Of a stretch of DNA of 64,000 nucleotides, positions 41,154 to 55,556 are shown in pieces. A program made the translations under genes and the position numbers. Within the stretch, counting starts at the first letter, position 1, and the number at the start of each line of letters is the position of its first letter. The notes under the pieces were generated by a model that saw only the letters and a program-made list of their open reading frames with translations, did no database searches and was not told the DNA's origin. The stretch comes from Paramecium tetraurelia (taxonomy: Eukaryota): contig CT867991.1 of assembly GCA_000165425.1 (NCBI GenBank), forward strand, positions 62,001-126,000, written 5' to 3'.

Positions 41154-44100
41154 TCAATAATCACTCATAAACTCAATCAACTGTTGGTATTTTTGATTCA
41201 TCTATGCTACAGTATTCAAATAATTGTTGAGCTTTTCCCTTTTGAAAAGTAAACTGCACGACCACAATTTGCAATTCTAATACCCAATCGAGCAGCTTTT
41301 ACATGACGAAGTAATATTGGCCTTATCTATTTCTAGTAGATTTTGTTTGTATTGCAATAGAAACAAGGCTGTTCTACCATCCTGGCTACATGATTTACAT
41401 AACTATAAAATAATTTTAATTTAAATGTACTTCATATTTTGACTCTTCTCCACAAAGCAAACATTACTGTATATTAAGATATTTAACTAGTGTGTATTGA
41501 GTAGCCTTTGTTTAATGAGCATTGCTATAAGTGAGATGTTGTTTAAACTGGTCTCTTTTCGCAAGCATTTTTGGAAGATTACTGTACCAATCAGCTATGT
41601 CAATATCAAAGCACGCAAATAATCTACCAACTGCTGCATTAATCTACTTGATGTAGTAGTGTGGATTCAATTTCATAGTGCTTTAAAAATCATAAATGTT
41701 GACAACTAAATCAGCAAGTTTGGATGTGCCCTATGCTTAAATGACTACATATGGAACTCTTTCTCCTCCTTTTGGTCTTCGCATAGGATCCGAGTTCATA
41801 ATTTTAGTAGCAACTACTGCATGAGCAGGTAGTCTCCCTTCCTTATATGATCCTAATTTGACTTCTTTTGCCATGATGTAATCTTAAATATCAACGTGAT
41901 CTTGGAGAATTTTAGCCCATTATTTTTACATATATAATTTGAGTTGAGACAGATCTTTAGTCTTAAATAGAATATTTATGGCTTTTTTTTAAATTTTTTA
42001 AAGTGCAGGGAATCCATCTCTTCTGATTATTTCAAGCCCTTTACCATCCAATTAAAATTCTCCTTTTTCAAATTTATTACCAACATATCTCTTTTTAGCT
42101 ACCAATAACGCTTCCGAATAGACCTTTTCAAACTTTAATTCAATTGGATGCGGATATAAGCTAGTACAATGTTATGCAATCTAATTTCCAATCAATAGAG
42201 CTTCATTAACTGTTCTGCCAGGAAGCATCACAAATAAGCTGTCTGTATCACCATATAAAACTTTGGCTTACCATGCTGGATTTGTGTTTATGCATTCTAT
42301 ACATTAGTTTAGAATGGTTCTTCCTAATTCGACAACGGAATCAGCTATATCGCCAGAAGGCATTCTACCAGAAAAGGATGCTCCACAATACCCGTACATC
42401 ACATTCATAAATAGTTTAATGGCCAATTATCTGAACCCATGTTACTTCTGTATTTTAGGGTGTTTATCATAAAGTGAAGTAGATTTTTTGATCATAATTC
42501 TGGTCATTAGAAATTCATTCAAAATTTATGGTATTATACCTACCCTAACATCTTTTGTAAGGAAAGCAACATTATTAGGAGTAATTAAAATATGTTTCAT
42601 CAATTCTTCTTGGTTTTAATACTTTTGTAGCAATGATTCGAAGTCAATGTCAGTTGCAACTACTCCAAATCTCTTCTTACCTCCTTCCTAGAACTCTTCT
42701 TTTATGCTTCCTAAACAAGTACTAAAGCATAAGTTATATGCAATCATAATTGAAGGGTATAATGACTGGAAATCAAGGACTATTAAAGGACTTTTAATAA
42801 CAAATATTAATACTCTACTGTAAATATTTTAGGAGGCTCAACCACTAGAGGCATACACTCTAAGATTTTCTAAGTTGAAACCTGTACTCTTGTTGCTGAC
42901 AGTAATAGGTAATCGTTTAGTTTTGTCACTCTATTGAGAATAGATTCAATTTTGAATTAACTTCCTCTAAAACCAACTGACTCATATTCACAACCGAAGA
43001 GTTTGGCTATTTCAATAGTTCTAGGGATTAGACCAATCATTTCTAAAATATCAAATGTCATATTGATTCTTTTAGCGTAATATTAGAAAACAAGGAATGT
43101 CTCTGATTTAAACCATTGTGAGAGAGTTTAATTATGTATCAAAGCATTTTTTTGTTTAAACATCTAAAAGTAAACATTCTCTATGGAATAATCTATAATT
43201 TTGATGTCTGTAGCTACATTTCTCCAAACATTGATTAAAACTCTTCCAACGACAAATGTTATAAACCTGAGCTTCTTCCTTCTACTATTAATTTAGTTTA
43301 GTTTTCCTTTAGAGTTATATGATTTCGTCTTCGCATCTTAATTAAAGCTCTATTTCTTACTGGCTGTCGGCCTTTACATACGATAATCCATGTATTTTTA
43401 TAATTTCTCATTGATAGGTTATGGCTATCCAAAGTTAAACAAGATCTCATCGATATCAAATATTTCAATCAATTTGTCATAAGTTGGTTACCCTCTACTT
43501 ATTTCTGTCAAGAAGTCATAGCCAATGAACTCTGCTCTATTTGCAACGTAATAAAGGCTCCTAGTTTCTAAATCATATCCTGATATGAAATCAGGATCAA
43601 TGAGATGTACAATTAATGTAAAGGCTTTCATAAGATTGATCTCATTCTAAGTCAATACTATAGTGTATTCAACAGGAGCATTCATTCTTTCAAAATAACC
43701 ATTAACTGCCTTCAAATAATTCTCCTCATTCTGGATTATAAGCATTTTATTCATGATCTTTGAACTCTTAACGTTGTAGGAGTGTAGGATAATAAAAGAA
43801 ATTTCATCTTTTTCTGGATCCGGTAATAACTTTGAATCTTTATAAGAAAATATTTCAAATATCATCAGCACTAAATCTTCTTGAAATGTAATATCGTCTT
43901 CACTTAAAATTGATAATGGAGTTGGATAAAAATACTATGATGTTTCAATGATTGAATCTAAAGGATCATTTCTCATAGCTGATCTTCTCTTAATGTCTAA
44001 AACAACCTCTTAAACAGCAGGAGGTTCATGTTAATATTGATACTGTCTTAAATTGCAATTATATTATTATTCTTTAAATACGTCTAGTTTATAGGATTAA

Positions 44101-45910
44101 GGTAGCTTAGTTGAATTTTGGATACTTATGGCATAAAATCTATTTTCTGGAATTTTAATGCATTATTAATCTAAAAGCAAAGCATACATATGATTTTACG
44201 GAAGTTGTTTATGTTTGATATTGTAATGCTTGTACAAGTCTTTAATGTCTCCAAAATAGGCATATTAATGTTCACTTAATTTCATTTGCTTATGTAACTA
44301 TAGGTATACTTCATTTGGAGAAGGTGGCTTTACTTTGTATTGATAGATTTAACTCTTATGACTTTTTGGGATGAGTAGAGAATATTTTTTCTATTTTTTT
44401 TCAATGCAATTGCACATGAGAAAGTTACTGTTGCAGAACTCACAAATTTAGAACATTTGGCCTAATTTGATATTATTTTTGTTTGCGTGATATTTCTTTC
44501 TAAATCTATTTTTATCTTAAAGTTTTTGGTTTTCTTTCATGATATCAAATACATTCTTTTCTTCTTATGATTTAATAATGCTTTCAGCATCTTCGAGATC
44601 TTCATCTTCATTATCTTATTAGAGATCTTACTGATCAATAAACTTATCATCGAAATCGTATTCATAATCAATGTTACCTTCTTCTTTGATAAGTTCAAAT
44701 AGATCCTTTTTTCTGGTTTTATACTCTTGGAATCTTTGGATGATGGATTTCTTACACAACTCCATTTCATCCTATTAGCCATTAAAGAACATTTGTGCAA
44801 TGTTTTGATTAATGATACAAGAGTTAATATCAAATTTGATATGATTCTTCTTAGCATCCTCGTATAATTGAAAATACTGTTTCATGAATTGCTTATTCAA
44901 GACATTAACAGAAGGATAATGTTCCCACAACTACCCTTCTTTATTTTTTGATTTATCCACGATAAAAGAGACTGGTTGATTGAACTTAAATCTTGCTCTA
45001 TTAATTTCCTCGTCTGACCAGAGCTTATTAAGAGATGGAGTTAATTCTACTTCAAATTCTTTGTTGTGCGTGAATGCCCGAGCGATTTCCAACCTATCCT
45101 TCTCATCCTTGTAGCGTTCATTGAGAATGCAAGTATAGTGACAATCTATTTCTAAGGGACAAGTGGTAACCCTGTAGAGATGAGAATACTAGCTTGCGTG
45201 CAAATCTCTAAATAGAATTGGTTTTGTCAACAATGATTCTAAATCTTTATCGAATCTTTTTCTGTATTTCAATTTCAATATCTTGATTTGACTCATTCCG
45301 AATAAATTAGCATCGCTATAAAAGTGCATGAAGTATGTGAGATGAGACTTAAATTACATTATATATATAGTCTTACTTCATATGACTAAAACTTGTAATT
45401 CATGATGGCTCCACTTGCTAATAGCATAACCAATTAGGACATGTATTGTTTGTCATACATGAACAATTTTAAAAAGAGTTGCTTCTACATATGAAACCCA
45501 TAAAAATCCAATTTCTGACATAATTCATATTGGTAGATGATTTTGAATTTTTCTTGAGATTTCTTTGGGTAATGAGCAAGGAAGGTGGAGGCATACACTT
45601 GATGCACTTTGTTTATAAAATCCTTCACAAAGTCAAGATCTGTGAATAAATGTCTCAATTCATCAACTTTGATGTAAAAGTAAGGAAAATAGCCATGAAC
45701 ATGTACGCACATCCGTTCTTTGGTCTTAGGCTCATATCCGAAGAGACGTATAACTGGAGCGAATTGGATTGGGCGATCCAAGTAATCTGTGTTTGAGTAT
45801 TTGAGAGTTTCAAAGAGGGTTTCTTGGTTTGGTTAACTCATTTTGGTGCCTGGAGCTGGCAGATTCATGATGTAATAATCATGTGCGAAAGGGATAAAAT
45901 CAATTTCCAT
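41154..45910 (-). CDS. REV3: DNA polymerase zeta catalytic subunit
   Basis: [80 protein letters not shown]-terminal CysA/CysB. Three introns identified. Confidence 0.95.
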
Positions 45911-45920
45911 AATAAATAAA

Positions 45921-46755
45921 TCAAAACCCAAAATCAGAGGGCAATTTATATGTCCCAGGTCCTGGGGAGCGATTATGATTATCAGACATAGAACGCTGCG
46001 CTCTTGGAAATTTGTTGCATTTGCTTGCACTATACTTTGAGCAGAAGTATGTTCCCAAAGGGTCCATGTTTCCAATCTATTTATATGAGCCAGGACCAGG
46101 GGTAGTATCCTTCATCTTCCTCTCTGAATGGGTTTTGGGAGGAGCCAAGACTATGGCTCCGGAACTAGACGTAATGAATAATGCACTTAATACTTTCTGT
46201 ATTGACTAAGAGTGTATACCCCTCTGCTATTAATACTGCTTGGTAAGTTGTAGTGACCTCTAAAATAAATGATTACCCATACGGTCCAGGTTTTCGTTCT
46301 TTCTCTTTACGACTCGACAATCTCTGTCTGATGCTGTAACGAACAGGAGAGAGGGAATCTTTGAATTTATAAGTCCCAGGTCCTGGAGTATTTTGGACTA
46401 GTCCCAAGAATATGCTCTCATATTTGTTTGCATGCTATCCATTATAACGAAATGCTGCTTACATCTCTTCCTAATCCCATGGTCCACCCATGTTCTTGAT
46501 TTTGATGGACCTAATAGAAATTGGGAGCTGGCGTGATGGTTTCGTGAGTGAGATTCACTTTCTTGCCGTAACCAATGCCTGCTGCTCTTTTGCTTAAAGT
46601 AGTTGGTAATTAATATATTGGAGGACATCTAAGTAAGATGCATTCGCTTACAGATTGTCCTTTAAATCAACCCACCGTTTGGCTTTGGGGAAGGTGTACA
46701 TTTATTTGCTTTTGCTAGTGTTCAATGGAGAACTATTGACAAAAGATCTGTCCAT
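45921..46755 (-). CDS. STPG/SHIPPO (PGPGxY) repeat protein
   Basis: TPGPGTY, PGPYG, TPGPGSY, SPGPGTYKLPSDFGF*. One intron. Confidence 0.85.
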
Positions 46756-46778
46756 AATGTTATAGATGAATATTTATA

Positions 46779-47380
46779 TCAATTATTAATAATCTGCGAT
46801 ATGAGTTTAATGTCTCTTTCGTTATCTTCGTTTAGGTAGAATTTGCTTCTTTCAATAAACATCTTGATATCAAAATACAGATTTGAGTATTGTTGATAGA
46901 ACTGCCCCATTTTCAATTCAAACAAGTCGTAAACTAATGTAGAATAATAAGTCTTACGTTCTAATAGATTATTTGGAAATGATTGCGTTTTGAAAGAATT
47001 CAATTGAGTGATTAGCTCTTGGATGCGCATGAAAGTGAACTTGGTTAGATAACTATATTTCATTTGAATGTATACACCATGTTTCGTTATAATGATTTTG
47101 AGAGCTGAAAACTTTTTTCGATTTTCCTTTCACACATCGTTTTCATCTAATTGAGATGATTAATCATTTGATCAATCTGAAATTTGATGGATTGCTTCTC
47201 TTACTCTACTTACTTGTTTCTATAAAAAAAACTTGGAGTCTCGATTCTCTCTTGATTTTTCTCAGAAAGCGAAATGTTTGTCTTTTGAGAATCGTTGGGG
47301 TTTTGTATTCTATTCAATTCCTAACCATCATAATCATTCACCTGGATGTCGTTTCTAGAACACTAAGAAGCATCAATCAT
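46779..47380 (-). CDS. Hypothetical protein
   Basis: MIDASQCSRNDIQ.., 23-nt intron, ..RDIKLISQIINN*. Confidence 0.7.
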
Positions 47381-47409
47381 TTTAGATAATATTAAAATAA
47401 TACAACAAT

Positions 47410-50400
47410 ATGAATAATTGCACTCACGTGACTCTGTTGTTAGACATGTCACCTTCCTTGGCCAAATTTGAAATGTTCACGTCCTTGGACTTCAAGTACG
47501 AATTCCTCATTGAAGCCCTGACATCTCTCATAAAGATGCTGACCAATCAATTATTGAGCATATTCATCATCAAGGAGGAGAGTGTTATTACATTCCTGAG
47601 AAATCACCCAGCCACCAATTTGCCCCTCCTAATTGAACTCCTTACAGAGTACATTCGCAATCATTATTCGAATCAAAACATATACATCAAGAAAACAATC
47701 CAATAGGCTATTGATATGACCATCTCCTAATTGCGGTGTCAACAATAGTCCTATGACAACAAGAAATACATAATCTTTAGTGATTTCACTAATTTCAGTT
47801 ATGGAGGGTTCTTGGCCTTTGATTTATGGGACACCCAAGGGTACACATTCTCATTCAATGCTGTCTTGATTGGATCCCAGAAGTTGAATGGCTACGAGTC
47901 ATTCAAATTAGTTATAGATCCGCAGGTGATTTCAGATTACATGGAAAACTTGAATGGGGAACTGTATGACATCAACCTAAGAAATAAGAATGGCGTGCTG
48001 ATGGACATAGATCAAATTATAGTGCCAATCAGTAGTAACAAGCAGGTGTATAACACGAGATAATAGGTGGGAGAGTATATCAACAAATACCCTAAGGAGA
48101 TGCTGGAAATGAGGAAGAAAGAAGGGTTCAAGGAGGAGAACTCACAGACCTTAAGCATTAGAGTGAACGATCAGATGAGGCTGCTCTATCAGATTGGGGA
48201 AGACAATGTGGCCATCTATTTGGAGCGCAATTAGTTGATGGATCGGCCACAGAGTCCCTAGAAGAAGCAGACGGAGTAGGATAATGAGATCAACACGAAT
48301 TGCAAAATGCTGTTTGAGATGTATAAGGAAAGGGATCAGCTGCAGGAGATTGTTTTGGACATGCAATTGTAGAAGATATCCATAGAGGAGGGCATGGGTT
48401 TATTGGTGAAGAGGAAGGCCTTTGAGAGTCAGAAATTTATCAATAGAAATTTCAAGCAAATCTCGTTGGTTTATTTGATACGACCGATTGATTTTAGGCA
48501 GTTCTAAGAGGAGGGAGAAGAGTTCAACAAAAACCAATTTTACCATTACATTCGCTAAAAGTTGCAGGAGGTTTCAACAAAGCAAATACAGAATTGTTTA
48601 TTGTATCAGTAAGACTAGGACTTTGTGATGATCAGAATCCTTTGGCATTCCCATACGATTATTAGATTGATATGCATTTATAATGATTCCAAAATGCTGC
48701 CCATATTGTCCAATAGGATTAAGGAGGTCTTCAGGAGTAATTAAATTCTGAGAAATTCCCTTATAGAATTCGATCATTCTTTGAAGAATCTGCTAATCAA
48801 GAGCGAGACTCACGTTTTGAAGAAGAACCCAGAACTGTATGTCTTGGAGAGGTGTTGGGAATGGAAGAAGGAATTGATTTGGGATTTGCAGTAGATGTAC
48901 AAGATCCTGACGAGTGTGAGGATTAAGTCAAATTATTGGAGAGTGCCCTCTTTGAATGACAGAACTAATAAGTTCTTTGTTGCTCAATTGGAATTGGGAT
49001 AGAAGATTGTCATAGTTCAGAATTTGATCTTGCAGGAAGATCGAATCATTTGCAATATATTCACAGAGAATATCATTTCGGAGGAGAGGAATGTGCTAAT
49101 AGAATATTTTGATAAGATAAAGGAATTTGAAAAGTAAATAGTTATCACTCTCCATACCACTCATAGTATGTACAGACAATCACTCATCAAGAAATAGAAC
49201 AGTTCCTAAGTGGACTTCTTCACTCTGCAATTCATCACGAGACAAGGGAAGCTATTTCAAACCAAAGAATAGGTGAGTAAGTAATTCTTGGAGTATGCTC
49301 AATCCTAAGCGACGTATTATCCAACTCCTACTAATCAATTGGATTACAATTCCCTATTTCAGAAGGGGTACTTGTATTATGAAATTAAGCAAAAGTAATT
49401 AGATGAGGATTCCAGGAATAGATTGAATACGGGGTATCTGCAAGTCTTGCAATAGATAGCTAATCACATAGTACTACGATAATAGAGTCAATTGGACTAA
49501 GACTTGTTGTTTATTGTGGTTGGTCCACAGAGATTGTTGATGATTGCCTTCACATTGGAGAACACAGCATTTTATTTGATTTCCTTGGAGTAGATAGAGC
49601 GTAATCATACATCTCATCCATTTTTGAATGCCAATCAAGAGAAGAAGGTGGATGCCTTAATAAATTTTGTGCAGCAGGAGTACAATTCTGTGTATGCTAA
49701 GGAGGTGCATCAACAATTCATGAGTAGCAGCTTTACATGTCGATTACAGGAGGCCATTGAAGGATGTCAAATAGAGATACTTGATGTGGATTTGAATCAA
49801 GCTCAGCAGGATCTTAGATTGCTATTTGATCTGTAGGCAAGGAAGATTCAGAAGAAATCGTAAATTGGCGAAGAAACTCAAAGTCCGAATAAATAGTTTA
49901 GAAGACAGAATTATTAATAACGATTAAGTGATATCAAATAATAGTTTGTTTAGAAGCAATGTTAGAAATGGGATGAGAGATTACTGAAGTTAATGAATGA
50001 TCACAAGATCAGTATGAAGCAGATTGAGGGTTCTCAGTAATGGTATTATTATGACAACAAACAAGAGAAGAAGGAAAACATTCTATTTCTAAGTGTTAAG
50101 TTTAAGGATGGGGAGTCAGAATACTCAAGTATTTAGCAATTGATCGAAAATTTTAGGTAGAAGCAAAAGAGATTGAAATTGACCATTTCCTATTTGATTT
50201 ATTATTACGATAAGAGAAGTCTAATCAAGATCTTGAATGAAGGTCTGGACTTTCTACAAGCTAGTCAGACTGACGAGTTGACATCAATTAAAATAAAGAT
50301 TCAGAGGTGGTCGGATCCTTTCAGGAAGTACAACAATGAATTTATGAAGAAGTTTCAAATGGAGATTCAAAGATTGTTGCCAATTAACGAGGACAATATC

Positions 50401-53400
50401 AAATTGATATACACTATGATTGAGGGAATGGACAACAAATCTGTGGAGTATAAACAATCAGATCGAAAATATGATAAGCATTTTGCATCCTAATTTTCTG
50501 ATGAGATTCGCAACACTTCAGAGTAGAATTAATTGTTTAAATACATAAACTTATCAGATGAATATTATGTGTTCATATTGACAACTGAGAATTGCAACAT
50601 GCCTTAATTTGAGGAGTTTGAACTGGAAAAAGAGTTCTTGGCAGATGAACCATAGGTGATTCCCTTCTGGTTCATCGTCAGAGTTCAGGAATAAAACTTT
50701 TCTATTGTGTGGTATTCTGAGTATCAATTTGAGTCTCTGAAGTAAACAGCAGAGGAATTGAAAGAGTTGATATTGGAGACTATCGACAGAACTTTATTGT
50801 TCTTGATAATAAGGAAGGCCACTGAATCCACAAATAGAGTGAAGTTGATCCTAAGTCCTTATTTTGAAATAGATGAAGAGACTCCAGCCTTAGAGCAATT
50901 CAAGCAAAATCAGAATCCCGCTCCTGCGCCTTCTATGTAGAAGAATGTCTCAATGAGACAAATGTGGAAAACAAAAACTGTAGTTGAAACTAAAGTGCAG
51001 GAACAGAAGGAGTATAAAATACCCTTTGTTGGATGGAAAGTGTTTCATCCTTATCAACCCAAGAAACCATTCATTTAATACCTGATCAATAATACTATTT
51101 TGATGAACCATCAAATAGATTCCAATCAATATTATGGGTAGTTGGACAAATAGTACTATCTATTCAGCTTTTAGAATGTGAAGAATATCAGCAATTACGC
51201 TGAAAAGTACCCTGAATTATGTTCAGACATTATACCTGGTCAACTGTCCATAATAATGAATGTGTATTCCACCAACAAGAATCAGAAGAAGATTAAACAA
51301 GATATCGACTATTACTATGAACACATCAAGAGGAACATGGATGAAGACACAATCAATGCCTTGTCTCAGGGTGTGATTCGTAATCCCAGATTGAAGGAAC
51401 AGGAGTTCTATTTGATTCAGAAGGGTGAACACAATTACATTGAGATTTTGTTGAATAACAACATAAAGGACATGTTGGCATTTTCTACCTTCATGAGACA
51501 CAATCTGGAGAAGACCTTCTGCAAGTATGAGGTTCAACAGTAGGAGAAGGGTAAATTCGATGTCCAAAGGGATGATCTCAGATACATAGTAGATCAACAT
51601 GAGAATTCATTCATCTTCTCCAAATACAAAGTGGTCTATTCCCCCAATGTAAACATGTCCAATTTCTTTGGTCAAGGATTGTGTTTGTTAAACTTCTTAT
51701 ACCAAGTCGATGGTGAAATTATCACTTCCTACCAATTTCCCAAACAGCCTAAGTGCGTTCAGCAGGAGGATCTATTGGTCATTCCTGCCTCATTGCCACC
51801 TCTGCAATTCTATTAGGGATCTAGGACACACAGAAGTGAGGTGTGTTATGATATTAGTAAAAATTACAATGAGAAATTCTTAATAATTGACGTGATTTCG
51901 AGAGGACAATTGGAATGGAATGCTTTTAAGGAGTACTTCTCAGCCTTGGTCAGATAGGTGGAATTGGAATACCAGATTGAGGTAATCTAATTAAAGGGTA
52001 AAAATAGAGATAACCTTTAAGAGATACAACAAACCTTTAAACAATTGAAACATTATAGTTTTAAGATGCATCATTTTGTGTATCCCTTGCATTACGATGA
52101 GATTTTGTGGAGCAGTGTGATGGGACAACTAAAAAATAAAATAATTGCGGAATTCGATAAGAAAGGAATAAGTACTCAACTCTCTCAACAATTTGAACAG
52201 CAATTTTCAATATCGCCAAGTGCCTAATTAGATCATGGTTCGATGGTTTACATTATAAATGATGGACAAGATTACGAATAAGCAACCCTTTTGGATGGAG
52301 TGAAGCATTTCGCATCGCAAAAACAAAAGAAAAATGACCCAATTGATTTGTATCATAGAAGTTTATTGGTGTATGTGCATTTGTCTAATCAAACCTTAGA
52401 AGTGTTCCTGTACAATTTAAATTGCGATGTTGCTGCCAATTTGAATCATCAATTTGGTATATTATCGAGGTGGTCGATCATAAGAAATCTGGTGGCCTAG
52501 AAGATGAAAAACGATCTTTGTGGCTGTTATAATGTTAGGTTGTCTCCACTGTATGAGGAGATATTTATGACTAAACACAACATCTATGATCACTCGATCG
52601 TTAATGATTTGCTTAGACTACGAAGTTAGGATCAAGCCAATAAAAAGGTGAAGAAGGAGGATCAACCTGATCAGTTCCCAACGGTCTCCAAGGCTATTGA
52701 TACAATTGTGACGTAGGAGTTCCCTCCTCAAGATATTTAATTGTTTGAGTTTGTGAAGCATCTGGAGAAATTCTTTAAGCTCAACTTCAGCGTGGTTAAG
52801 CCTAAGAAGTTGAACATCGATCAGAATCAGCAGGGGGATTTTCTACAGAGGGAAGGCAAGGCGTTTTTGGAGTTGATTAAGGACTTCTATAAGAATTACA
52901 TTCAGACCCAATTGATCAAGTATGTGAAGAAGATGAAGGTATCAGGAGACACTTAGATTGCTTAGTCGAAACCAATATTGGAGAAGATACTGAACTAGAG
53001 CAAGAGTCGTGTGCAATCATTTCCACTGTACATATTCAGAATGAAGGAGAAGTCAGAACTGAAGGGTAGTTTGGATTTGGAGAAGGAATTCCAGTCTTTG
53101 ATCAATCAGGGTTACAGGAAGGTGTTGAAATAATCGAACTATGAAATATTCTTGGGAGATGACATCAAGATGGATGATATTGATGACCAGATTATGGATG
53201 ATGAGCTAAAGAAGAATGTTCAGTTGTTGAGTGAGGAGGATGCAAAGAGTCTCATGTAATAAGTGGATTTGCGTCTGTATTACAATGAAAACATGTTGAA
53301 CCACATGGATCATCATGCTCAAAGTTCAGATTTGATCAGAAGGGTGAATTACTTAAGGAGGAAGGACAATCCATCCATAATTAAGATGGTTGCTCTTCTG

Positions 53401-54439
53401 TCCTTTAAGTGTCCATTCATATTCGAAAAGATGTATTGTCTGCCTGGGGAAGAGTTGCCGCAAGAAGAGAAGGGGACTGAGAACTTCATCAATTAGAAAT
53501 TGGAACAGTTCCATTCCAAATTGATAGAGTAACAATGGAAGAAGAATGAAATGCAGATAGATTTATACATGCTCATCAATGGGTACACAAAGATCTATCA
53601 GAGATTCAACCATTAATACCCTAAGATAGACAGGATCCTATACAGAATCTCCGTGGGATTTGTGTTGGATTGGATTAAGATAGATGGGTTCATCAAGTTC
53701 ATATTGGCAAACAGCAAGATATATTATTTGAACAAATTGCATGGGTTCTACGTGTATGACAATCAGCATGTGCTTTAGAAATCAGAGCAGCTCCAACTTT
53801 CTCTTTACATAAATTTGCTGAGTCAAAATGACTTGGTTGACTTTAAGAACATTATTGAATTGGAATTGGATGAACAACAACAGGGATCGAAGTAGCTGTC
53901 TTTGGTTGCTAATCTGTTAATCAATAGTCCGAATATCGATTAATTCTTGCAAATATTCTAGTTGAGTCTTTTGGAGACCTTGAAGCGAGCTCACAAGAAC
54001 TTTATGGCGTATGAGTGGTGGAACAAGATCAAGATCAACAATCAATTAGGGGCTCAAGACTTAGCGTTTTTGATTCCGTATTGCTAGTAGATTCAAACAA
54101 AGGTATTTTATGCATTTTAAATGAAAATAGAAATTGGCCAAGGAAATAAGATTTGAATAATTGGACGATTCTTATAAGATGAAACGTCTCCCCGTAGAGC
54201 AGTTGCTTCTGAAGTTGCCTCAGATTTGCTATGTGGTGGACAATCAGAGATCCATTCTCATAGTGAATAATACTCAGGATGTACTTTATTTGATCGATTT
54301 GATGAATGGGATGATTGACAACATTCGAATCCTGTATTTGATGATGGACAATCCGCAGTATGACCAAGAGAAAATGATCAAGCCGCATTATGATTGGTGT
54401 ACTAAGCAAATAAAGTAATGTATGGATGAAATGATTTGA
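47410..54439 (+). CDS. SZT2: Very large (~2330 aa) SZT2-like (KICSTOR scaffold) protein
   Basis: One reading frame for ~6.7 kb, then one intron (54103-54130). N-terminal VTLLLDMSPS and EMLEMRKKEGFKE resemble the SZT2 LDLSPS and RLREGY motifs. The CDS is well supported; the identity is inferred. Confidence 0.65.
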
Positions 54440-54457
54440 AAATTTATTTAAAATTTA

Positions 54458-55105
54458 ATGTTCGAAAAAGAAATCGTAATCGATGGCAAAGGACACTTGC
54501 TCGGTCGTTTAGCCTCATACATCGCCAAAGAGTTGTAAAGAGGTTAAAGAATCGTCGTCGTCAGAACTGAGTTGATTTAGCAATCTGGTATCACGCTCAC
54601 AATATTCTAGGTTCTCTCTTCAGAAACAGAGTCATCTTCGAAGAATACCTCAATAAGAGAATGGCATTCAATCCAAGAAGAGGATACAAACATTACAGAA
54701 CACCTTCCAGATGTTTTTGGAAAGTTGTCAGAGGCATGCTTCAATACAAATCCAAAAGAGGAGCAGCTGCTTTGGAAAGATTGAAGATCTTTGAAGGAGT
54801 CCCACCTCCCTATGATACCAGAAAGAGACAAGTCATTCCAGATGCCATCAAATTGATCAGACTCAAGAATCACAGACCTTTTTGCACTTTGGGTGACTTA
54901 TGCGCATCAGTTGGATGGAATTCATAATCTGTTGTTAACAGACTTGAAGAGAAAAGAAAGCAAAGGTATCGTGCATTTTAACACTTCCATTAGAGGTGCT
55001 GCCTACTATAAGAGAAAGGTTGCCAGAGAAAATCTCAGAAGAAAAGCCATCGGAGCTAAGGAACTTACTTCAATCAATTAGGAATTGGAGAAATTGGGCT
55101 ATTGA
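54458..55105 (+). CDS. RPL13A: 60S ribosomal protein L13a (uL13)
   Basis: [55 protein letters not shown]. Two introns. Confidence 0.97.
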
Positions 55106-55556
55106 TAACACATATTATAAAAACATGTACATTTAATTTAGTAAATTCAAAATTTAGACAATATTCGATTCATAAATTATATATATTATATATTATAGAT
55201 ATAGATATACATCCCTTATTATTTAATCCATTTTAAATAGTTATCTCATTTTTAGTTTCTTGATCATTATATTCATAGAGAAGGCATAATAAATTAAAAC
55301 AATTATTGTATCTCTCCACTTAAATAATGATCAAATACAAACAAAAATTAATGAGTTAATGTTGCTATCTATTTACAATGTTTCTATCTTACTATAAATA
55401 GATTATGGTTTATTTTAAGGAACCTCAATGCTTTCTTTAGGAGAGAGGCATTTCTTTAAATCATAAGTGTGCCTTCATGATCAAAGGTTTTTGGATTGAA
55501 ATTAGGACATTTATATATTTGTTTATTAAAAATATGAATTAACATTTATTTCTTAT

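Noticed and set aside
8450..46755. Functional cluster of ciliary genes (MAPK15, MORN5, CEP19, STPG)
   Set aside because: They are dispersed among unrelated genes, and ciliary genes are common in this genome.
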